A stretch of 40,539 nt of DNA from Candidatus Woesearchaeota archaeon. GTDB lineage: Archaea > Nanobdellota > Nanobdellia > SCGC-AAA011-G17 > UBA489. A model generated the notes under the pieces. The model searched no databases. It had not been told where the DNA came from and worked only from the letters and a program-made list of their open reading frames with translations. Each line of letters opens with the position of its first letter. Within the stretch, counting starts at the first letter, position 1. Positions 32,246 through 40,526 of the stretch are shown here, piece after piece. The DNA lies in assembly GCA_964374125.1 (NCBI GenBank), contig CAYJXL010000003.1:1-40539 (forward strand), written 5' to 3'. The position numbers and the translations under genes are program-made.

Positions 32246-32421
32246 AATTGCTTACCCTTGTCATCCTGGTTGTCGTGCTTGGGCTGTTGTTTTACACAGC
32301 ACAGACATTTCATGTGCTACAGATCGTGGGAAAACACAGTATCACGTTCTTTCAGGACGTTTACCGGGATTTGCGCGAATATCGAGAACGCGATCGTGAT
32401 ATTCAGCCCGACCGAGGCTAA
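32242..32421 (+). CDS. 59-aa single-TM protein
   Basis: MKLLTLVILVVVLGLLFYTAQTF.... Its ATG overlaps the M16 stop (ATGA). One codon below the ORF-track cutoff; the 32258 track ORF is a different frame. Confidence 0.45.
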   Translation: MKLLTLVILVVVLGLLFYTAQTFHVLQIVGKHSITFFQDVYRDLREYRERDRDIQPDRG

Positions 32422-33311
32422 CCAGTCGAATTCGTTGCGCGTATAATGATCTTTGCTGTTGCAGTTTTTTCTGACTTGCCGTCTTTTTCAACAGCATTGC
32501 ATTCATTATCAATACAGAAGAAACATTTTGCCTTGTAACTTGCTGTTAATCTTCCCCTTCCCAGATATGATCCTTCTTCAGGGTCTGCAGGGATTGTTTC
32601 TCGCTTCTCTTCGTTGCTGTTTGGATCAAGCTCCAGCGTCGCGACACGGCCATAGTCCCTAGCATCAGGGGTATTATCGAAGTCAGTATCTATCTTGATG
32701 TCCTTGTCGACTTCACACTGAATCTGCTCGCTTTCGTCATTTTTGATTTCGATGATGAGATCTTCGTAGCGGGCAGATTGACTGCTTGAGATGATTTCTA
32801 CGATCTGGTCGTCGATCTTGCCGTCACGGTCAAAATCACCGAGGGTGCGGTCCTTCAACTTTAGCTGAAATTCAGGTCCCGGGAGCTGTTCTGGTGTTTC
32901 TTTATGCGGGGTTTGAGTCTTCGGCAGTTCATTTGTTTGTTGCGACTGTTCTGTTGTCGTCTGTGTATTTTGTTCAGACCCCTGTTGCGCGGTTGTTTGT
33001 GATTGCTGGAGGATTGCGCTTCCGGTGATCAGTGTTGGATCTGCCTTAATGATTTCCTTTATCTTTTCTGCATTGTACTGCGGAAAGAAATAGGCTGTCG
33101 CGAAGAGGCTCATCACAATGATGAGCATGAGCATGTCCCAGATCATCCACGGCTTGAGTGTAGGTTCGCTTTGCGGCTCTTGCGGCGCTATCGGCTCGCG
33201 AACTGGCCGTTTTGGTTCTTCTCTCACCTCCTTGAGGCGTTCTTTTGCCTCTAAAACGTCTTTTTTCCGCTCCAATTCTCTTTTTTGCTTGAGGTAGTCC
33301 TCTATGTCCAT
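32418..33311 (-). CDS. Membrane-anchored extracytoplasmic protein with Q/T-rich linker and Asp-rich (possible Ca-binding) domain
   Basis: Charged N-terminus, TM MLMLIIVMSLFATAYFF, a QQSQTTAQQGSEQNTQTTTEQSQQT linker, and DRDGKIDD / DTDFDNTPDARD acidic loops. Confidence 0.55.
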   Translation of the reverse strand: MDIEDYLKQKRELERKKDVLEAKERLKEVREEPKRPVREPIAPQEPQSEPTLKPWMIWDMLMLIIVMSLFATAYFFPQYNAEKIKEIIKADPTLITGSAILQQSQTTAQQGSEQNTQTTTEQSQQTNELPKTQTPHKETPEQLPGPEFQLKLKDRTLGDFDRDGKIDDQIVEIISSSQSARYEDLIIEIKNDESEQIQCEVDKDIKIDTDFDNTPDARDYGRVATLELDPNSNEEKRETIPADPEEGSYLGRGRLTASYKAKCFFCIDNECNAVEKDGKSEKTATAKIIIRATNSTG

Positions 33312-33394
33312 GTCATCACCACTGTTTCTTCATGTGTTATTTCTTTTAAATCCTTTTCTATTCTTGGCTATATACGACTCAAACGTTATAACAC

Positions 33395-34696
33395 CTAGGG
33401 TCTGAAGCGAAGCATGGTTCTGGGGAATGGAATTGCGTCTTTAATGTTATCTAAGCCACAGATCCAACTCACGATGCGTTCAACGCCGAGACCGAATCCG
33501 GAGTGGGGAACGCTGCCGTAACGGCGCGTGTCGAGATACCATTGATAGCTCTCGATTTTTTCGCCTTCTTTTTTTAATGCTTTTTTAAGCTCTTCAATGT
33601 TTGTATCACGCTGGCTGCCGCCGATGATCTCGCCATATCCTTCCGGCGCAAGGACGTCCATGCATAATGCGGTTTTCGGGTCTTTTGGATCCCTTGGTTT
33701 GTAGAATGCCATGATTTCTTTTGGGTAGTTTGTGACGATGACTGGCTTGTCGAAATGGTTCATGATGAGATCTTCCTCTGTTGTCCTGAGATCTTTTCCC
33801 CACGGAATTTCGATGTTTTCCTTTTCTTTCAGGAGCTTGAGCGCTTCTGTGTACGTGATGCGCGGGAATGGCGGCTTGACCTTTTCAAGGTTCTTCACGT
33901 CACGCTCAAGGATCTTCAGCTCTTCATGGTTTGTCTCAAGGACTTTCTTGACGATGTGGGAGATGAGGTCTTCCGCTTGTTTTTGAAGTCCTGGAAATTC
34001 CATCCATGCAGTTTCCACTTCTGCCATCCAGAACTCGCTTAAGTGGCGCGTGGTCTTGCTTTTTTCCGAGCGAAAGCATGGAGAGATGCAGTAAATCTTT
34101 TCCAATGCGAAGATTGCGGCTTCTGCGTACAGCTGCCAGCTTTGGGTAAGATAGACCTTGTCCTTGTAGTACTTGACTTCGAACAATGTTGATCCACCTT
34201 CGCAGGCGTTTGGCGTGAAGATAGGCGGCTCCATTTCGTGGTAGCCTTTGCTGCGAAAGAACTCATGGATTGCGCCGAAGACGGTGCTTCGGATTTTCAT
34301 TATTGCTGTCAACTTGCGAGAACGGATTGCTAAATGACGGACATCGAGCAAGAATTCGGTGCTCTGGTCTTTTGTAATGGGGAATTTTTCTGCGAGCTGT
34401 ACGACCTCGAATTTCTCGACGTGAAGCTCGTAGCCTGTTGGCGCTCTTTCGTCCCTTTTTATTTCTCCCTGAACCTTAAGTGAACTTTCAACAGAGATCT
34501 TATCAATTTGCTTCCATTCTGCTTCAGTAAACTTTGTTTTTTCAAAGACGCACTGGATGATGTTGCTCGCGTCTCTAAGAACAACGAACTTTAATGCGTT
34601 GGAGCCCCGTTCTCGATAGACCCAGCCTCGCAAGACTACCTTGCCGTTGCCTTTTTTCAAAGCTTCTTGAATGGAGATAAAATCCATAATATACAT
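33395..34696 (-). CDS. asnS: Asparagine--tRNA ligase (archaeal type)
   Basis: FRSEKSKTTRHLSEFWMAEVE (motif 2), APEGYGEIIGGSQRD, and GSVPHSGFGLGVERIVSWI...FPRT (motif 3). The start may be the Met at 34687. Confidence 0.9.
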   Translation of the reverse strand: MYIMDFISIQEALKKGNGKVVLRGWVYRERGSNALKFVVLRDASNIIQCVFEKTKFTEAEWKQIDKISVESSLKVQGEIKRDERAPTGYELHVEKFEVVQLAEKFPITKDQSTEFLLDVRHLAIRSRKLTAIMKIRSTVFGAIHEFFRSKGYHEMEPPIFTPNACEGGSTLFEVKYYKDKVYLTQSWQLYAEAAIFALEKIYCISPCFRSEKSKTTRHLSEFWMAEVETAWMEFPGLQKQAEDLISHIVKKVLETNHEELKILERDVKNLEKVKPPFPRITYTEALKLLKEKENIEIPWGKDLRTTEEDLIMNHFDKPVIVTNYPKEIMAFYKPRDPKDPKTALCMDVLAPEGYGEIIGGSQRDTNIEELKKALKKEGEKIESYQWYLDTRRYGSVPHSGFGLGVERIVSWICGLDNIKDAIPFPRTMLRFRP

Positions 34697-34764
34697 ACAC
34701 TTCTTGACGTTTTTAAAGATTGTGTGAGCATGAGTAACCTAAAAAGGAAAAGATTTTAAGCAAT

Positions 34765-35295
34765 ATGCGCATGCGTGACGTTATGGTCTTTCAGTATCAC
34801 TATGCTCATGGAGAAGCAAGCTTTGACAAGCCATTGAAGTTCCAAGTAAAGGGTGGAGCGCATTTGACGTTTGAGATTGTTCCTGTTTATCAAGGGAAGA
34901 TGGTTGCACTGTTGCGCGATTCGATTCCCGGTCACGAGAAGCCTCCTGGCGCTGAGCAATACCCTGGGGGCATGTGGTATTTTTGTCATGATCTGGTTCG
35001 ATATGCTGAACCGATGGATAACTTTGTGCAGCGCATCGTTACGGCGCAAGCTGGTGTCAATGTCACTTCTTGGAAGATTACTGATTTTGAATCAACGTTC
35101 CAAGAGAAGGATGAACAATGGGCTTTGGTTGGTTACATACTGGCTGAAGTTGATGCTTTACCTAAGCCCGGTGTTTATGGGAATGAGGTGAAGAAAGTTG
35201 TTGTGTTTACAGAAAAAGATGTTCCAGAACCATTTGCGTGGTGGCCAACAGACGACGTAAGGGCGTATGCGAAGAAGCATCTGACTGAAAAGTAA
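34765..35295 (+). CDS. Hypothetical protein
   Basis: Long ORF with no recognised motif. The start is possibly the Met at 34783, about 27 nt from a TATA-like AAAGATTTTAAG. Confidence 0.5.
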   Translation: MRMRDVMVFQYHYAHGEASFDKPLKFQVKGGAHLTFEIVPVYQGKMVALLRDSIPGHEKPPGAEQYPGGMWYFCHDLVRYAEPMDNFVQRIVTAQAGVNVTSWKITDFESTFQEKDEQWALVGYILAEVDALPKPGVYGNEVKKVVVFTEKDVPEPFAWWPTDDVRAYAKKHLTEK

Positions 35296-35362
35296 ATTTA
35301 GAGCCAAACATTTTTAATTTTCGTAGTTTTCTTCTTGCTTCTTTCTTCGTGTTTTGAGTTCT

Positions 35363-35995
35363 CTACTCATCGTTGAGGAGAGGATACAATTTTTCTCTGG
35401 TAAGATCACGATAGTGTTGATCTCTTTCCTTGTCTTTAGGCGACAAGTCTTTCCAAGAACTAACGCCTTGCAGGCCTTTCTGCTGTGTGAAGAAGACTCG
35501 GTAGCCGAGATTCGGATGTTTTGTGTCTGTAATGCTGTAGGTATGGCATGCGTATGTTCTTCCGTCTTCTTCAATGGTGACATAACCGCCTTCTTTTTTG
35601 AAGATTTTTCGTAGGTCTGAGTGATTCACTTCTTCGATCTTTATGTTTCCCGGCTCAACCATTTCCTTGATGATACTTTTTATATAGTACCCTGGTCCTT
35701 GTAGGGGAATAAAATGGATATGCGCGTGTGACACGGTCTGACCCCATATGCCATACTCGATTTGGAATGGTGAACCAAAGGTTTGGTGCAATGCGTTGAG
35801 CATTTTCCTTTTTATTTGCAGGAATTCTTCTTGCAGCTTTTTTGGAAGCACCCCAAAACATGGAAGATGATCTCGTGTAATCAGCATGATGTGGCCGGGT
35901 GCAATAAGTCCGATCCCAATTCTTACTAAGAAGTTTTTTGATTCATATATTCGGTATTCGTCTCTTTCTTTGCCGCAGAAAATACAGTTTTTCAT
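35363..35995 (-). CDS. HIT-family nucleotide hydrolase/transferase with C-terminal extension
   Basis: N-terminal CIFC, APGHIMLITRDH and the histidine triad HAHIHFIP. An extra C-terminal domain of about 90 aa. Confidence 0.8.
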   Translation of the reverse strand: MKNCIFCGKERDEYRIYESKNFLVRIGIGLIAPGHIMLITRDHLPCFGVLPKKLQEEFLQIKRKMLNALHQTFGSPFQIEYGIWGQTVSHAHIHFIPLQGPGYYIKSIIKEMVEPGNIKIEEVNHSDLRKIFKKEGGYVTIEEDGRTYACHTYSITDTKHPNLGYRVFFTQQKGLQGVSSWKDLSPKDKERDQHYRDLTREKLYPLLNDE

Positions 35996-36001
35996 TGGAT
36001 G

Positions 36002-36103
36002 CGGGCCCAGTGGGATTTGAACCCACGACCCTCTGGTTTCTCACTCGGTGTTAAGAGCTTCATCCTTTTTGTCAGATGCTCCACCAAGCTGAGCTATGAG
36101 CCC
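36002..36103 (-). tRNA. tRNA-Lys (CUU) with two 14-nt introns flanking a 5-nt anticodon micro-exon
   Basis: Minus-strand exons 36103-36071, 36056-36052 (UCUUA) and 36037-36002. Acceptor GGGCUCA/UGGGCCC (one G:U), D arm GCUC-AGCUUGGUG-GAGC, anticodon stem UCUGA/CCAGA (A31:C39 mismatch), loop CUCUUAA, T arm GUGGG-UUCAAAU-CCCAC, G73. Confidence 0.75.
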
Positions 36104-36127
36104 TCCTCAAGAAAGCGACGTTATCAG

Positions 36128-36136
36128 CTTTAAAAA
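36128..36136 (-). promoter_or_regulatory. TATA box (TTTTTAAAG on minus strand) for tRNA-Lys
   Basis: Centre is about 28 nt upstream of tRNA position 1 (36103). Confidence 0.5.
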
Positions 36137-36151
36137 CGTTTCCGACGCAAG

Positions 36152-36161
36152 CTTTTTAAAG
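36152..36161 (+). promoter_or_regulatory. TATA box CTTTTTAAAG for rps8e
   Basis: Centre is about 28 nt upstream of the ATG at 36185. Confidence 0.5.
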
Positions 36162-36184
36162 TACTTTTTGCGTACAGAGAGCTT

Positions 36185-36568
36185 ATGGCCATTGTTCAAT
36201 CGCGCTCCAGGCGGAAGTTCACTGGCGGACGCTATATTTCATGGAGAAAGAAGAAGCTGCATGAGCTCGGCCGGTCAGTGACGCTGACAAGATTGGGCGT
36301 GGATCATGCGACGATCTTGCGCGTGCGGGGAGCGAATACGAAGGTTCGCCTCTTGCGCGCTGAAACTGCGAACGTCTTTGATCCTGCTTCCAAGAAATAT
36401 CTTAAGCTGAAGATTGAGACTATTGTTGACAATCCTGCAAATCGCCACTTCATCAGGAGAAGCATTATCACGAAGGGCGCTGTCTTGAAGACAGAGAAGG
36501 GAAATGCGCGAGTGACGTCACGACCTGCGCAAGATGGTGTTATCAATGCAGTTCTCATTGCTAAATAA
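36185..36568 (+). CDS. rps8e: 30S ribosomal protein S8e
   Basis: MAIVQSRSRRKFTGGRY... followed by a TKVRLLR-type core. 127 aa, typical for archaeal S8e. Confidence 0.9.
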   Translation: MAIVQSRSRRKFTGGRYISWRKKKLHELGRSVTLTRLGVDHATILRVRGANTKVRLLRAETANVFDPASKKYLKLKIETIVDNPANRHFIRRSIITKGAVLKTEKGNARVTSRPAQDGVINAVLIAK

Positions 36569-36580
36569 AGAAGGTGTTAC

Positions 36581-36688
36581 ATGAAGCGAAGCTCACGCCG
36601 GTGGAAGAAGAAGCGCCAGATGCGCTGGAAGTGGCAACGGAAGCGCATGCGAAAAGAGAAGCGAAAGCGCAAAGCGCAAGCGACGTAA
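36581..36688 (+). CDS. rpl41e: 50S ribosomal protein L41e
   Basis: MKRSSRRWKKKRQMRWKWQRKRMRKEKRKRKAQAT is the extremely basic RRWKKK..MRWKW signature of archaeal L41e. AAGGTG Shine-Dalgarno at 36571-36576. Not in the ORF track (35 aa). Confidence 0.75.
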   Translation: MKRSSRRWKKKRQMRWKWQRKRMRKEKRKRKAQAT

Positions 36689-36691
36689 TCA

Positions 36692-36997
36692 TTATTTTTT
36701 CTTCAATTCGTAAAAAACAAATTGTCTTAATTCTTCTTCACTATACTGATTTGTCTCGCGGTAAACTTGAAGGTACATTTCAGTATTCCTTGTTCTTTGT
36801 ATCTCTCTTCTTTCTTCAGCATGTTCAAGATGTTCAACTATGTTTGTGATGGTCAGCTCAGGATTTTTGTTGCAGCTTGGGTCTTTGAGGAGAATACAGT
36901 GTATATCACGTGCATTCGTTCGAGAAACCCTGCGAAGCCGCCCATTGGTAGCAACGTCAATATAATCAAAAAGTGCTACTTTTTCAGGGAGCCCCAT
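36692..36997 (-). CDS. Hypothetical protein
   Basis: 101-aa ORF convergent with rpl41e. No motif recognised. Confidence 0.4.
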   Translation of the reverse strand: MGLPEKVALFDYIDVATNGRLRRVSRTNARDIHCILLKDPSCNKNPELTITNIVEHLEHAEERREIQRTRNTEMYLQVYRETNQYSEEELRQFVFYELKKK

Positions 36998-37068
36998 GAT
37001 CTAGAAAAAATGTAGAAAATATATAAGTCTATGTCACCAAAAGGAAAGATAACAAAAAGAATACAAAG

Positions 37069-37896
37069 TTATTTGCCAACAACCTTGGAAGCGTCTTGCA
37101 TGCTCTTCCAGCTGTGATCGAACATGCCCTCCATTGCAGACGCAAAATACGGGGTGTTGACCCAGATGCCGACGTCATAGGTTGGATGAATTTCCTCGTC
37201 GTTGAGCACCATAAAGAGAAGCTCCTTGCCATCAACAATGCAGAAACGGGCATTGAGGTCATGCGCGTGCTTCACGTCAGCATACTCCATGATATTTTTT
37301 AGCTCTGGCGTCATCTCCTTGCTCATAGGAGCGGCGACGCGGATCTTGACGCCCTTTCTCTTGAGACGCTCGAGTTCTGGCTTGAGCACTTCAAGCTTTC
37401 GCACGACGCCCTTGTTCGTGGTCACGATCGTTATTGATTTCTGCGCACCCTTGATCATGGTTTCCAGGTGCATGTAAATATTCTGGCGACCACGGATTGC
37501 GCCTGAGAGATCAGACGGTTCAATGAACTCAATGCCTTGCTTGTGCAACGAGTTTAGCTCCTCAAGAACGTCGGTGCCTCGCAGATCATCGAGACGATTG
37601 ACCCGCTCGTTTGCATGCCTGACCGTGAACTTCTTGACACGCTCAACAACTTCCTTTGGGTCGACGGCAATATACTTTATCGGCTTGCCAAGCTTCATCA
37701 TGACAAACCCTTTTTTTTCAAGGCTTTCGAGAACGTCGTAACTGCGGGATCGGGGAACGTTGCCGATGTCGCTTAGTTCACCAGCAGTAGAAACACCACG
37801 GGACAGCAATGCGGTCCACACACGGACTTCATACAGATTGAGACTGAATAAATTACGCAACTTGTTTAAAAAATCCTCTTTAACTATCATTAACAA
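37069..37896 (-). CDS. TrmB-family transcriptional regulator
   Basis: LYEVRVWTALLSRGVSTAGELSDIGNVPRSRSYDVLESLEKKGFV wHTH, a coiled-coil arm and a TrmB C-terminal domain. Confidence 0.85.
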   Translation of the reverse strand: MLMIVKEDFLNKLRNLFSLNLYEVRVWTALLSRGVSTAGELSDIGNVPRSRSYDVLESLEKKGFVMMKLGKPIKYIAVDPKEVVERVKKFTVRHANERVNRLDDLRGTDVLEELNSLHKQGIEFIEPSDLSGAIRGRQNIYMHLETMIKGAQKSITIVTTNKGVVRKLEVLKPELERLKRKGVKIRVAAPMSKEMTPELKNIMEYADVKHAHDLNARFCIVDGKELLFMVLNDEEIHPTYDVGIWVNTPYFASAMEGMFDHSWKSMQDASKVVGK

Positions 37897-38058
37897 CCCT
37901 CCCTAGGCTCACCTACTTTTTTTGTGGTTCAGCAAAACCACGTTTTTGTACTATGTTGTAATGGTATCAACAACTTCTATATAAAGCTTGTTATAGGTGT
38001 TCTCTTGTTGTTTCTCAATATGCCTATTCAAAAATATCTTTTGTGAAACTTGTTTTAG

Positions 38059-39741
38059 CTATATTTTGCGCTTTTGCATGCTGAAAATGCGCTTGATGTC
38101 ATCGAGCGTGTTTGCATCTTTGACTTCTTTTTCGTCGGTACGGAGACGGCTGAAGCGAGGAAATCGAAGGGCGAAGCCTGAACTATATGTTGGGCTTTTC
38201 TGAATCTCTTCGTACATGACCTCAACAACGATCTTTGGCTTGATTTTGACGCTGCGGCCGTGCTGGGAGATAATGAGCGGCTTGAGTAGTTTTGTTAGCT
38301 CGGCATATGTACTACCTGATGCTTGTTCCTTTTCCTTGACGCCTGTGCTCACCATGCCACATTCAAGGAGTTTTGCGCTGTCGCGACACGCGAGGACGTA
38401 CGAACTTAGCATGCCTGCTCTTTTTCCTGTTCCGTGTTCTGCGCCGACGATGACTAAGTCGAGTGGCTCGAGGACTTGCTTCAACTTTAACCAGCCACCG
38501 ACGTAGCGGCCTGGTTTGTAGATTGACTCGAGATTCTTGAGCATGATTCCCTCATTGCCCCGGGCGAGCGATGCCTTGAAGAATTTCTTTGTTTCGGATG
38601 TTGAAGAAGTGACTAACTTTTCTGTTGTGCGAATTATGCCAAGCTCTTGCTTGATGACTGACTCAAGGATCCTGCGCCGTTCCCTCAGCGGCTCGGTCAT
38701 CAGTGATCTGTTGTTGTGATAAACGACGTCGAAGACGTTGACTTCGACCGGGAACTTTTGCGCCATCTCCTTGATGTTGTACTTGCGGCGGATGCGCTGG
38801 GAGATCATCTGGAACGGGAGATACTTTTTTGTTTTTTTGCTGTAGCCGACTGCTTCTGCATCAAGAATGAATGCATTGCCTTTGACATGGGATTTGATTA
38901 CATTGATGACATCGGGAAATTGGTCGGTGACGTTCTCAAGTCGTCTGGTGAAGAGCTTGACTTCGTTATTCTCCTTGTGGATTTGGATGCGGAAGCCGTC
39001 GAGCTTGAATTCGCATTGAACGGGTTTGCCAAGGTCTTCAAAAGCTTGCTCAACACTTTCCGCAATGAGGGAGAGCATGACATTGATTGGCTTGCCAGGC
39101 TTGAGGCTGAGGGTGCGGAGCTTGTTGTTTTTTGCGAGCTTTGCAACCTCGCCATAATCGACGGTGAGCGCGAAAGCATTCTCTACATCTTTCACATCTT
39201 TGTCGAAGGCTTGCGCGATTGCGTCGCGAATGACGCCAAGGGCGACACCAATACGGAGATCTTCGAGGACTGTGCGAACTATGAATCTAGCTTCGAGTGG
39301 GGAAGCTGCTGCGAGGAGTTCTGCGATGAGACTGACCTTGCGCTCAACAGTGCCCTCGCCGGTCATTTCCGCGAGCTTGCGAATATTAGCGGAGACTTTG
39401 CTGACGGTCAGCTTTGATGAGACGAGGGTTGTTTGCTTCTTTTTTGCGATGAGCTCTTCTGCGACAAGACCAAGGTCCCCGGTTTTGCTCCAGCGATGCT
39501 CGATTGCTGCAGCTTCTGTGCCGATGACTTGCGCGAGCGCCTTGAGCATGAGCTTAGAGCTGAATCCTATTTTATGTTCATCCCATTCGGGAAAGACGCG
39601 GCCTTCGAGAAGCTGGATAACAATTGGAAGATCTTGCTCGGGAATCGTTGCCAAGAAACGCGCGACGATTTCTGTTTTTTCCAGGCGTTTTGATGTCTGC
39701 TCGAGCTTTTTGTAGACGCTGACAAGCTCTTGGTATTCCAT
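38059..39741 (-). CDS. lig: ATP-dependent DNA ligase
   Basis: From the Met at 39741: MEYQELVSVYKKLEQTSKRLEK... (DNA-binding domain), adenylation motif I EFKLDGFRIQIH, and LMLKNLESIYKPGRYVGGWLKLK (motif V region). 560 aa. The start is 26-27 nt from the minus-strand TATA. Confidence 0.9.
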   Translation of the reverse strand: MEYQELVSVYKKLEQTSKRLEKTEIVARFLATIPEQDLPIVIQLLEGRVFPEWDEHKIGFSSKLMLKALAQVIGTEAAAIEHRWSKTGDLGLVAEELIAKKKQTTLVSSKLTVSKVSANIRKLAEMTGEGTVERKVSLIAELLAAASPLEARFIVRTVLEDLRIGVALGVIRDAIAQAFDKDVKDVENAFALTVDYGEVAKLAKNNKLRTLSLKPGKPINVMLSLIAESVEQAFEDLGKPVQCEFKLDGFRIQIHKENNEVKLFTRRLENVTDQFPDVINVIKSHVKGNAFILDAEAVGYSKKTKKYLPFQMISQRIRRKYNIKEMAQKFPVEVNVFDVVYHNNRSLMTEPLRERRRILESVIKQELGIIRTTEKLVTSSTSETKKFFKASLARGNEGIMLKNLESIYKPGRYVGGWLKLKQVLEPLDLVIVGAEHGTGKRAGMLSSYVLACRDSAKLLECGMVSTGVKEKEQASGSTYAELTKLLKPLIISQHGRSVKIKPKIVVEVMYEEIQKSPTYSSGFALRFPRFSRLRTDEKEVKDANTLDDIKRIFSMQKRKI

Positions 39742-39747
39742 AGGAAT

Positions 39748-39772
39748 CTTTAAATAACACGCGCATATAAAG
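39748..39772. promoter_or_regulatory. Two interleaved TATA boxes in the 37-bp lig/nitroreductase divergent spacer
   Basis: CTTTAAATAA (39748-39757) is 26-27 nt from the plus-strand ATG at 39779. CTTTATATGC (minus strand, 39763-39772) is 26-27 nt from the minus-strand ATG at 39741. Confidence 0.5.
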
Positions 39773-39778
39773 TTTGTC

Positions 39779-40417
39779 ATGGACCTAGACTCATGCATTC
39801 GAGACAGAAGGAGCTGCCGCTCGTACACAACGAAGCGCGTTTCCATTGATGTAATTGGCGAACTGCTTGAGGCTGCGACGTATGCGCCTTCTGCTGGGAA
39901 TCGCCAGAACTGGATGTTTGTGGTTGTGATGGACGAGGACAAAAAGTATGCGCTGGCGATGGCTTCTGCGAAGCAGCTGTGGATGACTGAGGCATCCGCG
40001 TTCATTGTGGTTTGTGACAGGAAGAAAGAGGTTGTTGAACTTTATCCTGACAAGGGTGAGTTGTATGCAGTGCAGAACTGCTCGCTTGCGATTGAGAACT
40101 TGCTGCTGAAGGGACATGACCTTGGGTTGGGAACGTGCTGGATTGGCGCGTTTGATGTTGCTGCTGTTCGGACAGCTTTGAGCATTCCTGATGATGTTGA
40201 ACCTGAAGCTATCATTACCCTCGGGTATCCTGAGAAGTTTGAGAGGGAAGCGGAGCGACACCCGGTTGATGTGGTGACGTTCTTTGATGAATATGGGAAC
40301 AAGAAATTGGATGAATCGATCTTTCCTTTGGCAAAGCACATGAAGAAGATTGAAGATGCTTTGCAGAAGGGAAAAGAGAAGAGCGGCGGGTTCCTGAGAA
40401 AACTAAAGAAAAAATAA
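39779..40417 (+). CDS. Nitroreductase-family protein
   Basis: IRDRRSCRSYTTKRVSIDVIGELLEAATYAPSAGNRQNW is the classic nitroreductase N-terminus. Confidence 0.85.
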   Translation: MDLDSCIRDRRSCRSYTTKRVSIDVIGELLEAATYAPSAGNRQNWMFVVVMDEDKKYALAMASAKQLWMTEASAFIVVCDRKKEVVELYPDKGELYAVQNCSLAIENLLLKGHDLGLGTCWIGAFDVAAVRTALSIPDDVEPEAIITLGYPEKFEREAERHPVDVVTFFDEYGNKKLDESIFPLAKHMKKIEDALQKGKEKSGGFLRKLKKK

Positions 40418-40526
40418 AATGGAATTCTTGCCTTTACTAACTATTTGCAGAGATACCGAGTTTGTAGAAAGATTTAAATAGTTTAACAGTTAAACAGTTC
40501 AACATGAGAGTTGGAGGTAGAAGAAA

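Noticed and set aside
36574-36849. 91-aa plus-strand ORF after rps8e
   Set aside because: An alternative frame encodes a convincing L41e. The remainder overlaps the convergent 36692-36997 ORF.
37924-37941. Hairpin GTGGTT-N6-AACCAC flanked by T-runs between lig and the TrmB gene
   Set aside because: The T-runs are on the plus strand, whereas both neighbouring genes are on the minus strand. A simple oligo-T (minus strand) at 38028-38032 already explains lig termination. Its function is undetermined.
38716-39715. 233-aa and 183-aa plus-strand ORFs antisense to lig
   Set aside because: They are antisense shadow frames. The acidic/Leu-rich composition mirrors the ligase codons.
39742-40005. 88-codon N-terminal extension of the DNA ligase ORF (648-aa version)
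   Set aside because: The extension runs through the divergent promoter and into the nitroreductase gene on the opposite strand. The ligase-like sequence and the correct TATA spacing begin at the Met at 39741.
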